NCBI RefSeq assembly: GCF_009914755.1
Contig: NC_060934.1
Origin: the human T2T-CHM13v2.0 reference genome, Homo sapiens
Reading direction: 5' to 3' (one strand)
Length of the DNA stretch: 64,000 nt
Shown: one piece after another, positions 34,308 to 56,984 of the stretch
How positions within the stretch are numbered: the stretch's first letter is position 1
Layout: every line of letters starts with the position of its first letter
Translations under genes and position numbers: made by a program
The notes under the pieces: model-generated
Database searches by the model: none
Told to the model about the DNA's origin: nothing
Seen by the model: the letters and a program-made list of their open reading frames with translations, nothing else

Positions 34308-34655
34308 GCTGGGTGCAGTGGCACATACCAGTAATCCTAACACTTTGGAAGGCCAAGCCGGAGGATTGCTTGAGGCCAGGGGCTCAAGACCACCATAGGC
34401 AACATAGTGAGACCCTGTCTCTATAAAAAAAAAATTTTCTTTAAATTACCTGGGTGTGGTGGCACAGGCCTTTAGTCCCAGCTACTTGACAGACTAAGGC
34501 ACAGAGGATCGCTTGAGCCTAGCAGTACACAGGTGCAGTGAGCTACGATCATGCCACTGCGCTCCAGCCTGGGTGACAGAGTGAGACCTCGTGTCTAAAA
34601 TATACATACATCTATAGAAATATACACATATACATACGTACATACATGCATACAT
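34308..34655 (+). mobile_element. AluJ with (TACA)n-like tail
   Basis: ggaggattgcttgaggccagg, gcaacatagtgagaccctgtctct, gtgagctacgatc; tail tatacatacatctat...catacata. Confidence 0.88.
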
Positions 34656-35279
34656 AGAGAGCCAGCAAATATTTTGCCCAATCCCAGTTCAGTTTTCTAA
34701 AGTTTGCCACTAGCAACATTATGCTGAAAATTATTTGGCTTTTTCTTTGCACATTTAAAATATATCTTTAAAATTTTTTTAAAGTAATATAAACATTAAA
34801 ATAATATCAAAGGAATAAGCCAGAAAAACAAGTCACTCCTTTGGTACCTGATTTCCTCATTTGTATGTCCTAGACATCATGAATTGATGTTAAGGCACAT
34901 GTATAGTATGGATACTATACTGCATCTACTGTATTTTCTGGAAGGATGGAATCAAACTATTTTGGAAGACTTTCTATATCAGTACCAAACAATATATCTT
35001 AGATGACTATTAAGGTTTTTTTGTAATTAAAAACAAGTTTTCAGATAAACATATGTATGCATATTTGCATACATGTGTTAATTTGCACGGTGCCAAGAAA
35101 TTGTTAGATCAACAGGTCGGCATTTTAAATTTTGATAAATATTGCCAAAGTAACACAGCATATAAGAGTGTACTCTTTTATTTAAACCTTGCATATGTCA
35201 GGCGTTACTGGGACTTTTTTGCCGATTTACTAAACATCATTTATCTAGGGATTAGTATCTACAGCCAGTGTTCTAGATG

Positions 35280-38800
<3,521 letters not shown>

Positions 38801-39381
38801 AAGCCAGAGAGAGCAAGAAAGTTGAGAGTGTACGTGAGAAGTGATTATAAAAATATAAGATTAAAATGGATATTTCTTCTGTTACTGAGGTTGAGCATCT
38901 TTTTACATGTTTATTGGGCATTCATTTTTGTGTGTGCGAATTGCTTGTGCATATTCTTACTGGGTGGTTCATCTTATGAGTGTTTAAGAATTCTCTGTAA
39001 AATAAAGATGTCAGCCTTTAGTCATATGTGTTGCACATATTTTTCACAATTTGTCGTTTGTCTTTTGACTTGATTTTTTTCTGTGTATAGTTATGGGTTT
39101 CATTTCATGCTTATAATGGCCTTCTTATTCCAGGTTTGTAAAAGGATTTGCCTATATTTTCTTCTTTTTTTTTTTTATTATACTTTAAGTTTTAGGGTAC
39201 ATGTGCACATTGTGCAGGTTAGTTACATACGTATACATGTGCCATGCTGGTGCGCTGCACCCACTAACTCGTCATCTAGCATTAGGTATATCTCCCAATG
39301 CTATCCCTCCCCCCTCCCCCCACCCCACAACAGTCCCCAGAGTGTGATATTCCCCTTCCTGTGTCCATGTGCTCTCATTGT

Positions 39382-43207
<3,826 letters not shown>

Positions 43208-43270
43208 TATGATGTTAGCAGGTGATTTTGCTCGTTAGTTCATGCAGTTTCTTCCTAGTCTCGATGGTCT

Positions 43271-44285
43271 TTACATTTTGGCATGATTTTGCAGCGGCTG
43301 GTACCAGTTGTTCCTTTCCATGTTTAGTGCTTCCTTCAGGAGCTCTTTTAGGGCAGGCCTGCTGGTGACAAAATCTCTCAGCATTTGCTTGTGTGTAAAG
43401 GATTTTATTTCTCCTTCACTTATGAAGCTTAGTTTGGCTGGATATGAAATTCTGGGTTGAAAATTCTTTTCTTTAAGAATGTTGAATATTGGCCCCCACT
43501 CTTCTGGCTTGTAGGGTTTCTGCCGAGAGATCAGCTGTTAGTCTGATGGGCTTCCCTTTGAGGGTAACCCGACCTTTCTCTCTGGCTGCCCTTAACATTT
43601 CTTCCTTCATTTCAACTTTGGTGAATCTGACAATTATGTGTCTTGGAGTTGCTCTTCTTGAGGAGTATCTTTTTGGCGTTCTCTGTATTTCCTGAATCTG
43701 AATGTTGGCCTGCCTTGCTAGATTGGGGAAGTTCTCCTGGATAATATCCTGCAGAGTGTTTTCCAACTTGGTTCCATTCTCCCCATCACTTTCAGGTACA
43801 CCAATCAGATGTAGATTTGGTCTTTTCACATAGTCCCATATTTCTTGGAGGCTTTGCTCATTTCTTTTTATTCTTTTTTCTCTAAACTTCCCTTCTCGCT
43901 TCATTTCATTCATTTCATCTTCCATCGCTGATACCCTTTCTTCCAGTTGATCGCATTGGCTCCTGAGGCTTCTGCATTCTTCACGTAGTTCTCGAGCCTT
44001 GGTTTTCAGCTCCATCAGCTCCTTTAAGCACTTCTCTGTATTGGTTATTCTAGTTATACATTCTTCTAAATTTTTTTCAAAGTTTTCAACTTCTTTGCCT
44101 TTGGTTTGAATGTCCTCCCGTAGCTCAGAGTAATTTGATCGTCTGAAGCCTTCTTCTCTCAGCTCGTCAAAGTCATTCTCCATCCAGCTTTGTTCCGTTG
44201 CTGGTGAGGAACTGCGTTCCTTTGGAGGAGGAGAGGCACTCTGCGTTTTAGAGTTTCCACTTTTTCTGTTCTGTTTTTTCCCCAT
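43271..44285 (-). pseudogene. L1 ORF1, frameshifted near 43500
   Basis: MGKKQNRKSGNSKTQ... diverges after LQARR; span is 1015 nt versus the canonical 1017. Confidence 0.92.
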
Positions 44286-45189
44286 CTTTGTGGTTTTATC
44301 TACTTTTGGTCTTTGATGATGGTGATGTACAGATGGGTTTTCGGTGTGGATGTCCTTTCTGTTTGTTAGTTTTCCTTCTTACAGACAGGACCCTCAGCTG
44401 CAGGTCTGTTGGAATACCCTGCCGTGTGAGGTGTCAGTGTGCCCCTGCTGGGGGGTGCCTCCCAGTTAGGCTGCTAAGGGGTCAGGGGTCAGGGACCCAC
44501 TTGAGGAGGCAGTCTGCCCATTCTCAGATCTCCAGCTGCGTACTGGGAGAACCACTGCTCTCTTCAAAGCTGTCAGACAGGGACATTTAAGTCTGCAGAG
44601 GTTACTGCTGTCTTTTTGTTTGTCTGTGCCCTGTCCCCAGAGGTGGAGCCTACAGAGGCAGGCAGGCCTCCTTGAGCTGTGGTGGGCTCCACCCAGTTGG
44701 AGCTTCCTGGCTGCTTTGTTTACCTAATCAAGCCTGGGCAATGGCGGGCGCCCCTCCCCCAGCCTCGCTGCCGCCTTGCAGTTTGATCTCAGACTGCTGT
44801 GCTAGCAACCAGCGAGACTCCGTGGGCGTAGGACCCTCTGAGCCAGGTGTGGGATATAGTCTCATGGTGCGCCATTTTTTAAGCCAGTCTGAAAAGCGCA
44901 ATATTCGGGTGGGAGTGACCCGATTTTCCAGGTGCGTCTGTCACCCCTTTCTTTGACTCGGAAAGGGAACTCCCTGACCCCTTGCGCTTCCCAGGTGAGG
45001 CAATGCCTCGCCCTGCTTCGGCTTGCGCACAGTGCGCGCACCCACTGGCCTGCGCCTACTGTCTGGCACTCCCTAGTGAGATGAACCTGGTACCTCAGAT
45101 GGAAATGCAGAAATCACCCGTCTTCTGCGTCGCTCACGCTGGGAGCTGTAGACTGGAGCTGTTCCTATTCGGCCATCTTGGCTCCTCTC
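44286..45189. promoter_or_regulatory. L1 5'UTR: sense promoter (minus) and antisense promoter (plus, same direction as ZEB1)
   Basis: Intact ~904-nt UTR, the most CpG-rich region of the window; YY1 site (ggccatctt) at 45171-45179. Confidence 0.8.
44741..44956 (+). CDS. L1 ORF0, intact 71 aa
   Basis: gggcaATGG Kozak; MAGAPPPASLPPCSLISDCCASNQRDSVGVGPSEPGVGYSLMVRHFLSQSEKRNIRVGVTRFSRCVCHPFL*; donors after ORF0 nt 106 (44846) and nt 191 (44931) intact. Expression not shown. Confidence 0.8.
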   Translation: MAGAPPPASLPPCSLISDCCASNQRDSVGVGPSEPGVGYSLMVRHFLSQSEKRNIRVGVTRFSRCVCHPFL

Positions 45190-45589
45190 TGCCTATATTT
45201 TCTTCTAATACTTTTATGGTTTCAGTTTTTTTTCTAAGTTAAAGTCTTTGATTTCGTGTGGGTTTCATTTTGGTGAAAGTCTTGGGGTGGGGATCTGATT
45301 TTTTTCCAAATGATTTTTATTAAATAATGCATTTTCCCCCCACTAATTTGCAAGACTCCTATTTGTTTAGGGTCTATTTTGTATTATATTCAAGTCCATT
45401 GATTGCCCATCCCTGTAATAGTACAAATCTATTTCCATTTCTGTAGCTTCAAGATAAAGTTTACTCTCTGGTATATCTAGTTTATGTTCTCCTACCACCA
45501 CCATTACTATTATTTTTCTGAATTTTCCTGAGTATTTTAATGTGTTTGTTTTCTCAGATAATAATACCAACAGTATGTATCAAGAATAT

Positions 45590-45800
45590 ATGTGCAGTAT
45601 TACCAAGTGTTTTGCATATATACCTATTTTCATCATTGTGATAACCATGTCAGGGGTATACTATTAATATTTCAATCTTGGCAATGAGGAAACTGAGACA
45701 TTAGAAGAATATATAACATGCTCAAGGTGACAAGGCTAGTAAGCAGTGAAGCTGTGATTTGAGCCAGGCAGTTAGGTTCCAGAGACCATGCTCCTACTTC
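45590..45800 (-). mobile_element. MIR
   Basis: aatgaggaaactgagacattagaag...catgctcaaggtgacaaggctagtaag...gatttgagccaggcag. Confidence 0.75.
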
Positions 45801-46623
45801 TCTATATAAACTGTAGACGTGTTGATCTAAGTCATTTAGATTTAGAATCCAAGATACCATGTGTAGCATTTGGATCAAAATTGCATTGAATTTATAGAAA
45901 AATTTAGGTAGAATTGACATATTTATGACACAAAATCATTCTATTCAAAACCAAGATATAGCTTTTCATTTATTCAAATATTTGATGACTTTTACATAGA
46001 ATGCTAGTTTTCTTCATGTAGGTCCTCCATGTTTTATTTTAAGCTTTTTCCTTCATGTGTTTCATTTGTGTTGCTAGTAATAGAATTTTTTCCTCTTTCG
46101 TGTTTTTAGCTGGTTATTGTTGATTATTGGAAAGCTGTTGATTTTTTTCTGTTGGAAAGATATTGATTTTTTTCTTTTAAATTTGTAATTAACCATTTAC
46201 CAAATGTCCTTACTGCTAATAGTTTTTTTATTGATTTTTCCTGAATTTTCTATAAATGTTATTCTGCAAATAATTTTGCTTCTCCTTTCTAATATTTATA
46301 CTTTCTCTTTTATTCTTTTTAAAAATTGGTTTATTCTTGTAAATCATTGTTAACTAATGATGAAACTAAGCATCTTTATCTTACAAATGCCTGTCATTCA
46401 TAATCATTTATTATGATACTAACTTCAGTTTTCTTTTCATGCAAAAGTATCAGCAAGGGAATGGTGAATTTTTTTCAAATGCCTTTCTGTATCTATAGAT
46501 GTCGTTTGTCCTTTATGTTAATATAGTAAAAGCACATATATTTTCTAATATTAAGTAATGTTTGCTTCATTCTTTTAATTTAATATTTTATTTAGGACCA
46601 TTGCATATTTTATTTAGGACTGA

Positions 46624-46690
46624 GCGTGTGTGTGTGTGTGTGCGTGCGTGCGCATGTGTGCCTGTGTGTGTGTGTGTGCACATGCATGTA
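46624..46690. repeat. Imperfect (TG/CG)n microsatellite
   Basis: gcgtgtgtgtgtgtgtgtgcgtgcgtgcgcatgtgtgcctgtgtg... Confidence 0.9.
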
Positions 46691-48452
46691 TATCCTTCCT
46701 CAGATTTTAATTATTATGTTGACTTCCTAGAATTCAGACTTTTCATTTTCCTCTCTCTTTAAAAAGTTACAAAATTATCAGTCCTTTACAGATCTGAAGA
46801 AATTTACCTGTGAAAACACCTGGCAGTTTTGGGTGGTTAACTACTATCTTCCTAAATTTATTCTATGATGTGTCTGTCTATGTCTCTTAAATAATTTTCC
46901 AAGTTCTATAATACAGTGATAATTATTTACATTTTCCTAGAAAGGGTTTTCATCTAGGTTTTCAAATTTATTTGCTTAGGTTTGGACAAAATATTTAAAA
47001 AGTAAGTTTCCTAAATTTCTTTATAGTTGTAGTTAACTCCATTTGCATTTTAATATTGAACATTCGTGCTGCTTAATTTTTTTCTCTAGGATTAAGTAGG
47101 CTGGTAATTTATCTTTTTTCTTGATTCTTTAAAGTTTGGGCTTTTGGACTGATATATCAATTACATGGCTTCTCTATTTTTTGACTAAGTACTTTCCGCA
47201 TTTGTATTTTTGATTTTGTCTTCACACTTAGATTTCGTCATACTACCTATCTTCCATAAGTAACAGTTTCTATGAATTAAAAAGCATCCTTTTATAAATG
47301 CAGACTTTACTTATGAAGGAAATATTAGTTATAGGTAATTTAGTGTGAATTATTTTACTCCAAATACTTTCCTCAACACAAAAAGGAATCATCTTTTTTG
47401 GGACTGAATTTAATTTAATCTCTTGAGGACTTTGCTTTTTCACTGTTTCATCTATCTGTGAGTTGTACGAACACTGGCTGAAATTAGCTCATTGAGTGGA
47501 TGGGAGTTTAGATAAAAGGGGAAAAGGGGAAGGTAATTTGGGAGGATGGCTCTTGTTGGGGGCAGATAGATACAGGATCTGTGGAGGAAGAGAGAAAGGC
47601 CAGAACAAGAACTGAGAGAGTAACAAAGAAATCCTACGAATCCTTAGTAACTTTCATGTAATGAGAGACAGGAGAAAATAAGAACTAGCATTCTGTGAGC
47701 AATGACAACCCTTTCCCTGCGTTTGCCTATCAGTTTTCATTCTATTAATAGCATGTATCTGAAGATATTAAAAACCACCACCCCTTTTGCAGGGGTAAAA
47801 TTTAGAATGATTGACTTTTATTGGAGTTATGTTTTAAAATATATTTTGAAAATATAAAAAGAGTTTATGAAGATTTTACCTAGAGAAGGATTTAAAAATT
47901 TCACCCAAAATTTACTGAATCATTAGAATTACTAAAATCTAACATGTTCATGGTACTTGGGGTACTCTAAAACCATTATGATACCTATTTTTAGATTATT
48001 TAAATTAAAATTAGATAATATACACATTGTTCATTATTATATAACATTACATTTGTATATTACATTATATCCTTCATTATACAGTAAAATATATATAGAC
48101 AGTAAGCTAACATTATCAGTTCGGTCAAAAGTCAGATTAACAAAAATTTACAGTAAATGCTTAGTATTTATAGACAAGCTCCTCTTTCCTGGAGTAATAT
48201 TATATGCAGAAGTTTTCTCTGATCCTATGAATTACCACATGACCTCTCCATTCCATTTTGTGTACCTGTTTGCCTGGTCTGGTTATGACTGCAGTTTTGT
48301 TTTCATTTTCCTGAATTGTTGCTAACACTTAAGTATATTGACTTGTTTCTTCACTGAGAAAAGAAAAAAGTGTGGTCCCATATTCAGTTCAGCAAATAAT
48401 TCTATACCTACTATGTAGAAGGCAGTATGCCAGTGACTGTATTTAGGATAAA

Positions 48453-48453
<1 letters not shown>

Positions 48454-48530
<77 letters not shown>
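48454..48530. repeat. Compound (TG)22(AG)16 microsatellite
   Basis: Directly visible perfect repeats. Confidence 0.95.
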
Positions 48531-48532
<2 letters not shown>

Positions 48533-49383
48533 TTATTGTAGTCCCAATTGATGTTAAAGAATAATGGATGGAAACACTTGGTCAGTGTTTCCACCGATCT
48601 TTGCATCACTCAGCATTCATGCCTAAATTTGTGGTGTTCTCAGAATTGTGCTAATGTGTAAAATATTCTTATACTTAATATGAGTACAGTCTGTTGGCTC
48701 TGTAGAACACAACTCAAAGTGTATGTATTTTTCTAGTTATTTCTTAAATTATGACAATATGCTTATCTGATATATGTGGAACCAGTTTGTTAAAAGTAGT
48801 CTGTTAGTTTTTAAGGATTAGTCTTCTAAGAAAGATTTTCTCTTTCTTTTCTAACATGCAAATGAGTGCATGCTTAGGGGCTTGATGGCAATGAGTGGGA
48901 TATAGTTAAGCACATATTAAAGGCATAACATAATAAGGGTGTCCTCTGGAAAGAAAAGCCTTTACACAACCCAAAATAGGTAAAAATGTGGCCTTCGCCT
49001 GTGGCTTTAATCAATACATGCCACAGTTATCGTCGGACAAGAATTGAAGCCCTCAAAGTTAATCTTTTCCATCTTTCTTCCCCACTTCCCTAAGTTTCTT
49101 CCTCTACATGGCCCTATCCTGCTATTCCAAGTCACAATAAATGATGATAGTGAGATTCTTTATGAAGCATTTAGGTGATCTTGCTTTCATACCAATGAAT
49201 AAAAAATTGAGAATGTATTGGTTTTGGAACCATACTCATATAAGTTATCTAATGCTTTTTTATGATTGTACATTACTTAAGAAACAGATATTTACATGAG
49301 ACTTTAATTACTATAGTTGATACAGTGCTGCATGCAATCATGTGCTAAAAATAATATGTGAAAGTTCTTGTAAAGATTTATTG

Positions 49384-52160
<2,777 letters not shown>

Positions 52161-54066
52161 AAGATTTGACTATAAGGATGATATTATGCTGTAATACACT
52201 GTTCAAATATTATGAGATTCTAATGGTTAAAATTGTTTAGTCATTAGAAAATATCTGCAGTGGTAAATTGTTAAGTATGGAATTTCAGTACCCCAAAATA
52301 AGTATACACACAAAAGTTTAAGAATATTTTTCATCAGTGTAACGATTTTCAGTCAGGAGCCTTTGCACATAATGAAGTATGTAGGCTGTGGAATCTAGCC
52401 AACCTGGCTTTCACTCTTCAACTTAGTAGCTACATAACCTCAGACAGGCTACTTAGGTACTCTGTTTTTCTTTGTCTGTCAGAGGGATATATAATAATAC
52501 CTACTTCTTAGGAGCTGCTGTAAAGATTTACCAAGCTAATAGTAGTAGCAGAAAACACTTCTCTAGTCCTTACTGTGTACCAGACACTGATCTAAGCACA
52601 ATACATTTAAAAATCATTATATCTTCACAACCACTGTATGCAGTGGTTACTGCTGTGTCTGGCATTAAATATTAGCAAATAATACCAACAACTACCACCA
52701 TCAAGAAGTCAACATGTCTTTACATTCTGATGACAATAAGTATGCATTGAAAATGTTACCATCTTCTATTGAAGTTTAAATTCATATTATCTAAAGTCAT
52801 GTTTAAAGATTTTTAAAACTGTTTACCATATTTTTTACCCTTGCTTTCTTCATATTTTAATTAAAATCAGAATCAAGATGTGATGATCACCTATGATTGT
52901 TATTTTCAGATAAACTATACTATATTTTCAGCCACAGGTTAAACAGTTCAGGGGTATAGAGATCATTGGACAGAACATTTAGATAACTGAAGCCCTCATT
53001 GGCTACTAGAATTTATCAAGGGCCTGCATTACTCTGTATGCTTTTGGTGGTGGGCCATTTTTTAAATAAGCTGTGTAGATCCACAAACAAAATGATAGAT
53101 TCAGAAATACAAGTAAGCTTGACTATTAATTTAAGTTTCAGTCATTAATATCAGCAGTTTTCACTGTTTTTTTTCTCTCAGCTAAGTGACAGAAGCAAAA
53201 GACAGTAAAAATCTTGGAAAATAGTTATCGGTCTTTTTTTCCATCTCAGCAGATAAAATACATTGATTTTTTGGATTTTTCCCATTTTATGACACATATC
53301 AAACATGCTCTGGGAAAATTCACAAGATAGTTATAAAATATATACAATCTCTGTGTTTTGGATTTATGACATAATCTATCTTACAATGGCAGCTTATACA
53401 GGGGACAGGAAGGAGTTCTGCTAGAGTCCCAGAAAGTGATAGGCAGTCTTTAAGAGTGCTTTGAGCTATGGTTGACTTGGGCAGAATAGAACACCCAGTA
53501 TCTCTGGTTAAAAAGAACTCAGTAAAAAAATATGAACCATGCAAGCAAGCATTTGAACCAGAATGCATATATGTCTTAAAGCCTAATTTGGGGGAAGTTT
53601 TCAAGCCCAAAATACTCTAGATATAAATGTGTTAAATGTGCAATCCAAGGTCAACCAGAGAACCTACAGCTAACAAAATTGATAATATAATGCTAGGCTG
53701 CAATATTGCATCATTAAAAGGTAAGAATGGCATCAGCATAAAACCATGGCCAACTCAAGATACCAAAGATGTCCAGAAGCCTCCCTTCGCAAAACAGCAG
53801 GAATGTCAGCTATCTAGGCATGCAGTTTCACTGGTCAAGCATATTTGAGAGCCTTGCAGTGAGCCAGACCTTACATGATAGCCAGATCTTAGTGGAGTAT
53901 AGAATTGATTAATCCTCAGCAAATACTTACCATGTTCTAATTTTAGCTTGTCATATATAAATGCCAACTTAAAATGACTTTATCAAGTAGGTTGCTAATA
54001 AGTACTGAAAGTAAAAATGAAAGTTAATAGCATTGTGCATCATTTGCCAGTAAGCATCTCCATTCC

Positions 54067-54075
54067 GTGTGTGTG

Positions 54076-54116
<41 letters not shown>
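54067..54116. repeat. (GT)n microsatellite with one interruption
   Basis: Directly visible. Confidence 0.95.
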
Positions 54117-54118
<2 letters not shown>

Positions 54119-54637
54119 TTGCCTCTTACTATGAGTTAAAGGCCCATCAGGAAACTCTTACAGTCAGGAAACTTAAGCTTATAGTCAGCTGTGAAACAGC
54201 CTTTTAAAAATCATTCCCCTTACCCACACACGGACTTCACTCTGCTTGTAGTGTGGCTGCTCATAGTGTGGCTGTTTTTCCATCTTGACACGTATTTTCT
54301 CATTACTATATTAAAGTGACTTTTTTCTTTATTGTATTGATATACTGAATAGACCTCCTCAGATAATATTTATGGAAACATAAAACCATTCTGGAAGGCA
54401 GTTTAACAGTATCTACTTCATAAGTCTTCCCTTTTACTCTAAAGTTTCACCCCTACTAATCTGATAAGTATATATAAGGAATGGCCAAAATTATACATAT
54501 TTACAAGAAAAATTATGGCATTGTTGCTAGTGCTTAACACAGGCAAAAAAATTATCAATAGATCATAGGTTGAAGTATATCTGTATGATAGAATGCTGTG
54601 TAGCTATCCAGAGGGAAATAAGAAAGCTTTATGTATA

Positions 54638-54961
54638 TAGATGCCCCTTGACTTATGAATTATGATGGTGTTATGTCCTGATAAATTCATCGTAAGTTGA
54701 AAATACTGTGAAATCGAAAATGCATTTAATATACTTAACCTATCAAACATCATAGCTGAGCTTAGCCTGCCTTAAATATGCCTGCAACACTTATAGCTTA
54801 CAGTTGGGCAAATCATAACATGAAGCCTATGTTTTAATATGATGTTGAATATCTCTTGTCATTTATTGAATACTGTACCAAGGGTGAAAAACAGAATGGT
54901 GTTGCACCATCATAAAGTCAAAACATTGTAAATCAAGCCATAATTAGTCAGGGACTGTCTG
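54638..54961 (+). mobile_element. MER47A-like Tigger MITE
   Basis: agatgccccttgacttatg...catcgtaagttgaaaatac...ttacagttgggcaaatcat...agtcagggactgtctg|ta. Confidence 0.8.
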
Positions 54962-55579
54962 TACTGACATAGAAAGGCTTCCAAGACATGTTATAAAGTG
55001 GCATAATATAAGTGGCAAAGCAGTATGATGTGATCATGTGTATTTTGAATTATATATACACACATTTGTATATAGGTGATGCTGGATTTATATTAAATAT
55101 AAGATAAGGTGAGGTTTGTGTTACAACTAAGTAAGAAAAGTATATAAAATGAGTTACATCATGCCTACTTAGTGCATTGAAATAATTAATAAAATTTGCC
55201 ATTATTTTTATCTTTATGGAGTGGATTGAGGAAGGAAAAATAGGGCTGCCTTTACTAACTTTACATGTTTTGCATTGACTGATTTTACATGCATTACTTT
55301 TATAATAAAATAAGAGAGAAAACCATTTACTCTTGGGAAAAGATCTGGAAAAGCATATTCATACTAAAATATTAATGGCATAACAAAACTTGACGTTTTT
55401 CTTCTGACACAAGATATTGAAGAACTCCTAATATGTGAGCACAGTGGTGACCTCTGGTACTCTTTTGGACAAGAGTCTTCCTAAAGTCTATAAAAGCTGT
55501 TTTGGAGTTTTGGTTATTTGTTTTCACCTTTAAATATCTACCCATATTTTCAATTGTATTTCTTCCTTCGTGTTCTCAG

Positions 55580-55581
<2 letters not shown>

Positions 55582-55629
<48 letters not shown>
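55582..55629. repeat. Perfect (GT)24 microsatellite
   Basis: Directly visible. Confidence 0.95.
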
Positions 55630-55633
<4 letters not shown>

Positions 55634-56329
55634 GGATATGTATACATATTATTTAAGCATTTAGGTGATTATTTTTCAAGAATTGTTGGAAAATTTAAGG
55701 AAGCAGTGGAAAGAATAACTGATAGTAATTACTGCCTAGTTATCTAAATAAAGTGAAGCTTCTTTTTCTCCCTTCTTCCGAATCTTTTCTTAGCAAATAA
55801 GAATCACCCTGAAAGTAGTTTAAAAGAGATATTCTAGTGACCATACCCAATGAAGTACTAAATATTCATCCTGTTAGAGTGATTATTGCAAGGACTCTAA
55901 AGGAAAACATTGATTATACTAGATTATTTATTTTATAGAATTTTATTCTCAGCTTATACTCCTGGTTCTATGAACTATAGAAATCACTCAGAATAATAAA
56001 ATGCTGATGTTATATTTTATTGAAATTCATTAAAAATTATAGAAAAAGGTGCTCATTTGAAAACTTCCAAATGTCAGTTATTCAGAATGACAAACTTAAT
56101 TATATAGAAATTGACTAATTTGGTTGATTCTTTCTAAAGTCAGTGTTGGATTAATAATGTAATGCATGGATCATTAACAGCTTAAAAATACTTGTGGTAA
56201 ACTTGATGATGTAATGCTATTTTGTTAGGAAAGATGGCCTCTTTTCTTAAGTTGCAATCCTTTAAGGATTCAAAGCCCTAATTGTACATAAGCAATATCG
56301 TATGCTGTAGGCTCGTTATCATTGGAGGG

Positions 56330-56595
56330 GAGGTTTAATATAGAGTTTAAGAGCACAAAATATGGAATCAGACTGTTGCTGTTAAAATCCTGGCTCTGCC
56401 ACTTCCTAGCTGTGATCTTAGACAAGTTACTCTCTCTCTGCCTTGATTTTCTTACATATAAAACAAGGATATAAGTAGTAAGTGGTAGAACTCTTATTTC
56501 ATAAGGCTGTTATAAGATTGTTGTAAGAATTTAATGGGTTAGTATTTATAAAGCAGGTCTATATATAGTAAGTATTCAATAAGGGTAGCTACTAT
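56330..56595 (+). mobile_element. MIR, near full length
   Basis: tttaagagcac...aatcctggctctgccacttcctagctgtgatcttagacaagttact...atagtaagtattcaataa. Confidence 0.82.
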
Positions 56596-56783
56596 TTGTC
56601 ATTTTGGTCATGTAATATCTAGTGTTACATATGTGTGTTGTCAAATAAATTAGTTGTTAACATTATTTAAAAGAAAACATTGAATTACAATCTGTTTTAA
56701 GCATCTTTTTTATTTTTCTGAGATGTAAAAACTGATTGTTTTACTAGTTGGTTTTGATTATTTGTTTCTTGTTTGTATTACAG

Positions 56784-56984
56784 TTACAAATTATAATACT
56801 GTGGTAGAAACAAATTCAGATTCAGATGATGAAGACAAACTGCATATTGTGGAAGAAGAAAGTGTTACAGATGCAGCTGACTGTGAAGGTGTACCAGAGG
56901 ATGACCTGCCAACAGACCAGACAGTGTTACCAGGGAGGAGCAGTGAAAGAGAAGGGAATGCTAAGAACTGCTGGGAGGATGACA
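56784..56984 (+). CDS. ZEB1: ZEB1 (zinc finger E-box binding homeobox 1) coding exon 2, 201 nt, phase 1-1
   Basis: Translates (V)[66 protein letters not shown], the human ZEB1 N-terminal region. Acceptor tttgtttcttgtttgtattacag| ends at 56783; donor GACA|gtaagt starts at 56985. Confidence 0.97.
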
